Translations under genes and position numbers: made by a program
Notes under the pieces: generated by a model
Seen by the model: only the letters and a program-made list of their open reading frames with translations
The model's database searches: none
Told to the model about the DNA's origin: nothing
In this document: positions 62,861 to 64,000 of the stretch, piece after piece
Position numbering within the stretch: the stretch's first letter is position 1
How the letters are laid out: the number at the start of each line of letters is the position of its first letter
Source: Octopus sinensis
Lineage: Eukaryota
DNA: 64,000 bases
Assembly: GCF_006345805.1 (NCBI RefSeq)
Contig: NW_021835474.1
Coordinates: forward strand, 12,313-76,312
Direction: 5' to 3'

Positions 62861-63689
62861 AACTGCATTGCGTGGATTGGGCGGAAGAACCTCGCCTGGA
62901 TCAGTCACTGCTGATAACAGTTTAGAAAGGAAGAAAAAAAAAATTGCTGTCGTCTGATAAACTAAGAAATCGCTTCAGTTACATCAGCTGACAACTACAC
63001 TTGAAGGAGGAACAGTTTTGCGTCCAGTCAAAAGAAAAAACAAAACTATCCTATAGTCTTAAAAATAATCAACGTTCGGCGTTAATTTTCCTACATACAG
63101 TAAGAAGACTTAAAAGCTTACCACCATGAACGGATTATATTATGGAATATGCCTTTTATTCGGTAAGTTGTATTAACAACTAAAACTTTTGGGGGAGAAT
63201 GAGAAAGAGAGAGCGAGAGAGAGAGAGGGGGGGGGGAGAGAGTATGACGATAGTATTTTACATTTCTGTTTATAATTTTAAGTGCAAAGCCAGCAAATTT
63301 GAATAAAAGGGACTTAGTCGAATCGGTTTTCTCTACTGATATTTTACCCGTTGCCTGTCCTGTAAAATACAGATGTTTCCCTGGCCGTTCATGCATCATA
63401 TATGACACACATTACCAATTTTCATTTATTTATTTTTCATTAACTGGAACAACTTGAGACGTAATTTATGATACGAGTGCTTCTCCATTATTCAGGACGT
63501 ATGAAACAAGGGCTAACTTAAATTTTGGAAACTAGTATGGGACTTTGGGGCAAACTTACAAAAATTCTTTCGACTGGCAAAGGCATAAATGTTGGAACGA
63601 AATTCGTTTAGTGAGTGCGAACCCACGTCCAGACTAGGATGTTCAAAGCGTTTTCATTCTCTCTCACATATTTTAGGGAGTGGTTTGCA

Positions 63690-63825
63690 CTAGTAAAAGT
63701 AAAAGGAAAGATGGAGACGCATTGTGAAACGAAATGGTTCATACTTGGTTGTATGTAATAACAAGTATTTATTGACCTTTTTCTTTCCCCTAAAAATCGG
63801 CACGAACTTTCCGGACAACCCAATA
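63690..63825 (+). mobile_element. mariner 3' end relic with TIR
   Basis: RWRRIVKRNGSY followed by AACTTTCCGGACAACCCAATA. Confidence 0.65.
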
Positions 63826-64000
63826 CATATTTACTCGACAATGAACAGAACAAACGTGGCGCGCAAAGGAGCTTATTCTATTTTATTTCGTTTTCTTTCT
63901 TTATTCATTTTGTAATATAACCGTACTATCAGTTTATTCTTACTGAACCAGTCATTTCGAAATGTTGTAATTATTTTACTACTTTTTTTGTTGTTGAAAC

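Overview
Repeat-dense, intron-containing animal genomic DNA. The tRNA-derived SINE families look cephalopod (octopus-like); this is an inference. There is no prokaryotic operon, rRNA or CRISPR content. The host genes are two tandem minus-strand paralogs of a five-coding-exon MFS transporter of the SLC16/monocarboxylate-transporter family (A: 2387-16699, B: 31136-42673). Each has a single 1-nt frameshift in exon 4 that may be a long-read error. A small intronless Myb/SANT-like ORF lies at 58723-59190. The rest is mobile DNA: several SINE families, non-autonomous Helentron-like elements, a Helitron PIF1 helicase relic, hAT, Tc1/mariner, Gypsy, CR1, RLE-type and Penelope-like relics, long-TIR foldback elements and microsatellites. 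Three observations stand out. (1) A near-homogeneous ~545-bp tandem array (59948-62460) carries a type I hammerhead ribozyme motif on the minus strand of each unit and resembles a non-LTR retrozyme. A second Penelope-type hammerhead with an overlapping antisense hairpin is at 14541-14618. (2) A near full-length Tx1-like LINE (45270-50609) is inserted with a 16-bp TSD into the tRNA-derived head of a SINE, at the same site that forms the junction of the head-less ~185-bp SINE tandem arrays in this window. (3) That LINE shares its 3' tail with the SINE, suggesting a LINE/SINE pair that targets the SINE itself. All alignments and structures were read by eye and not computed.
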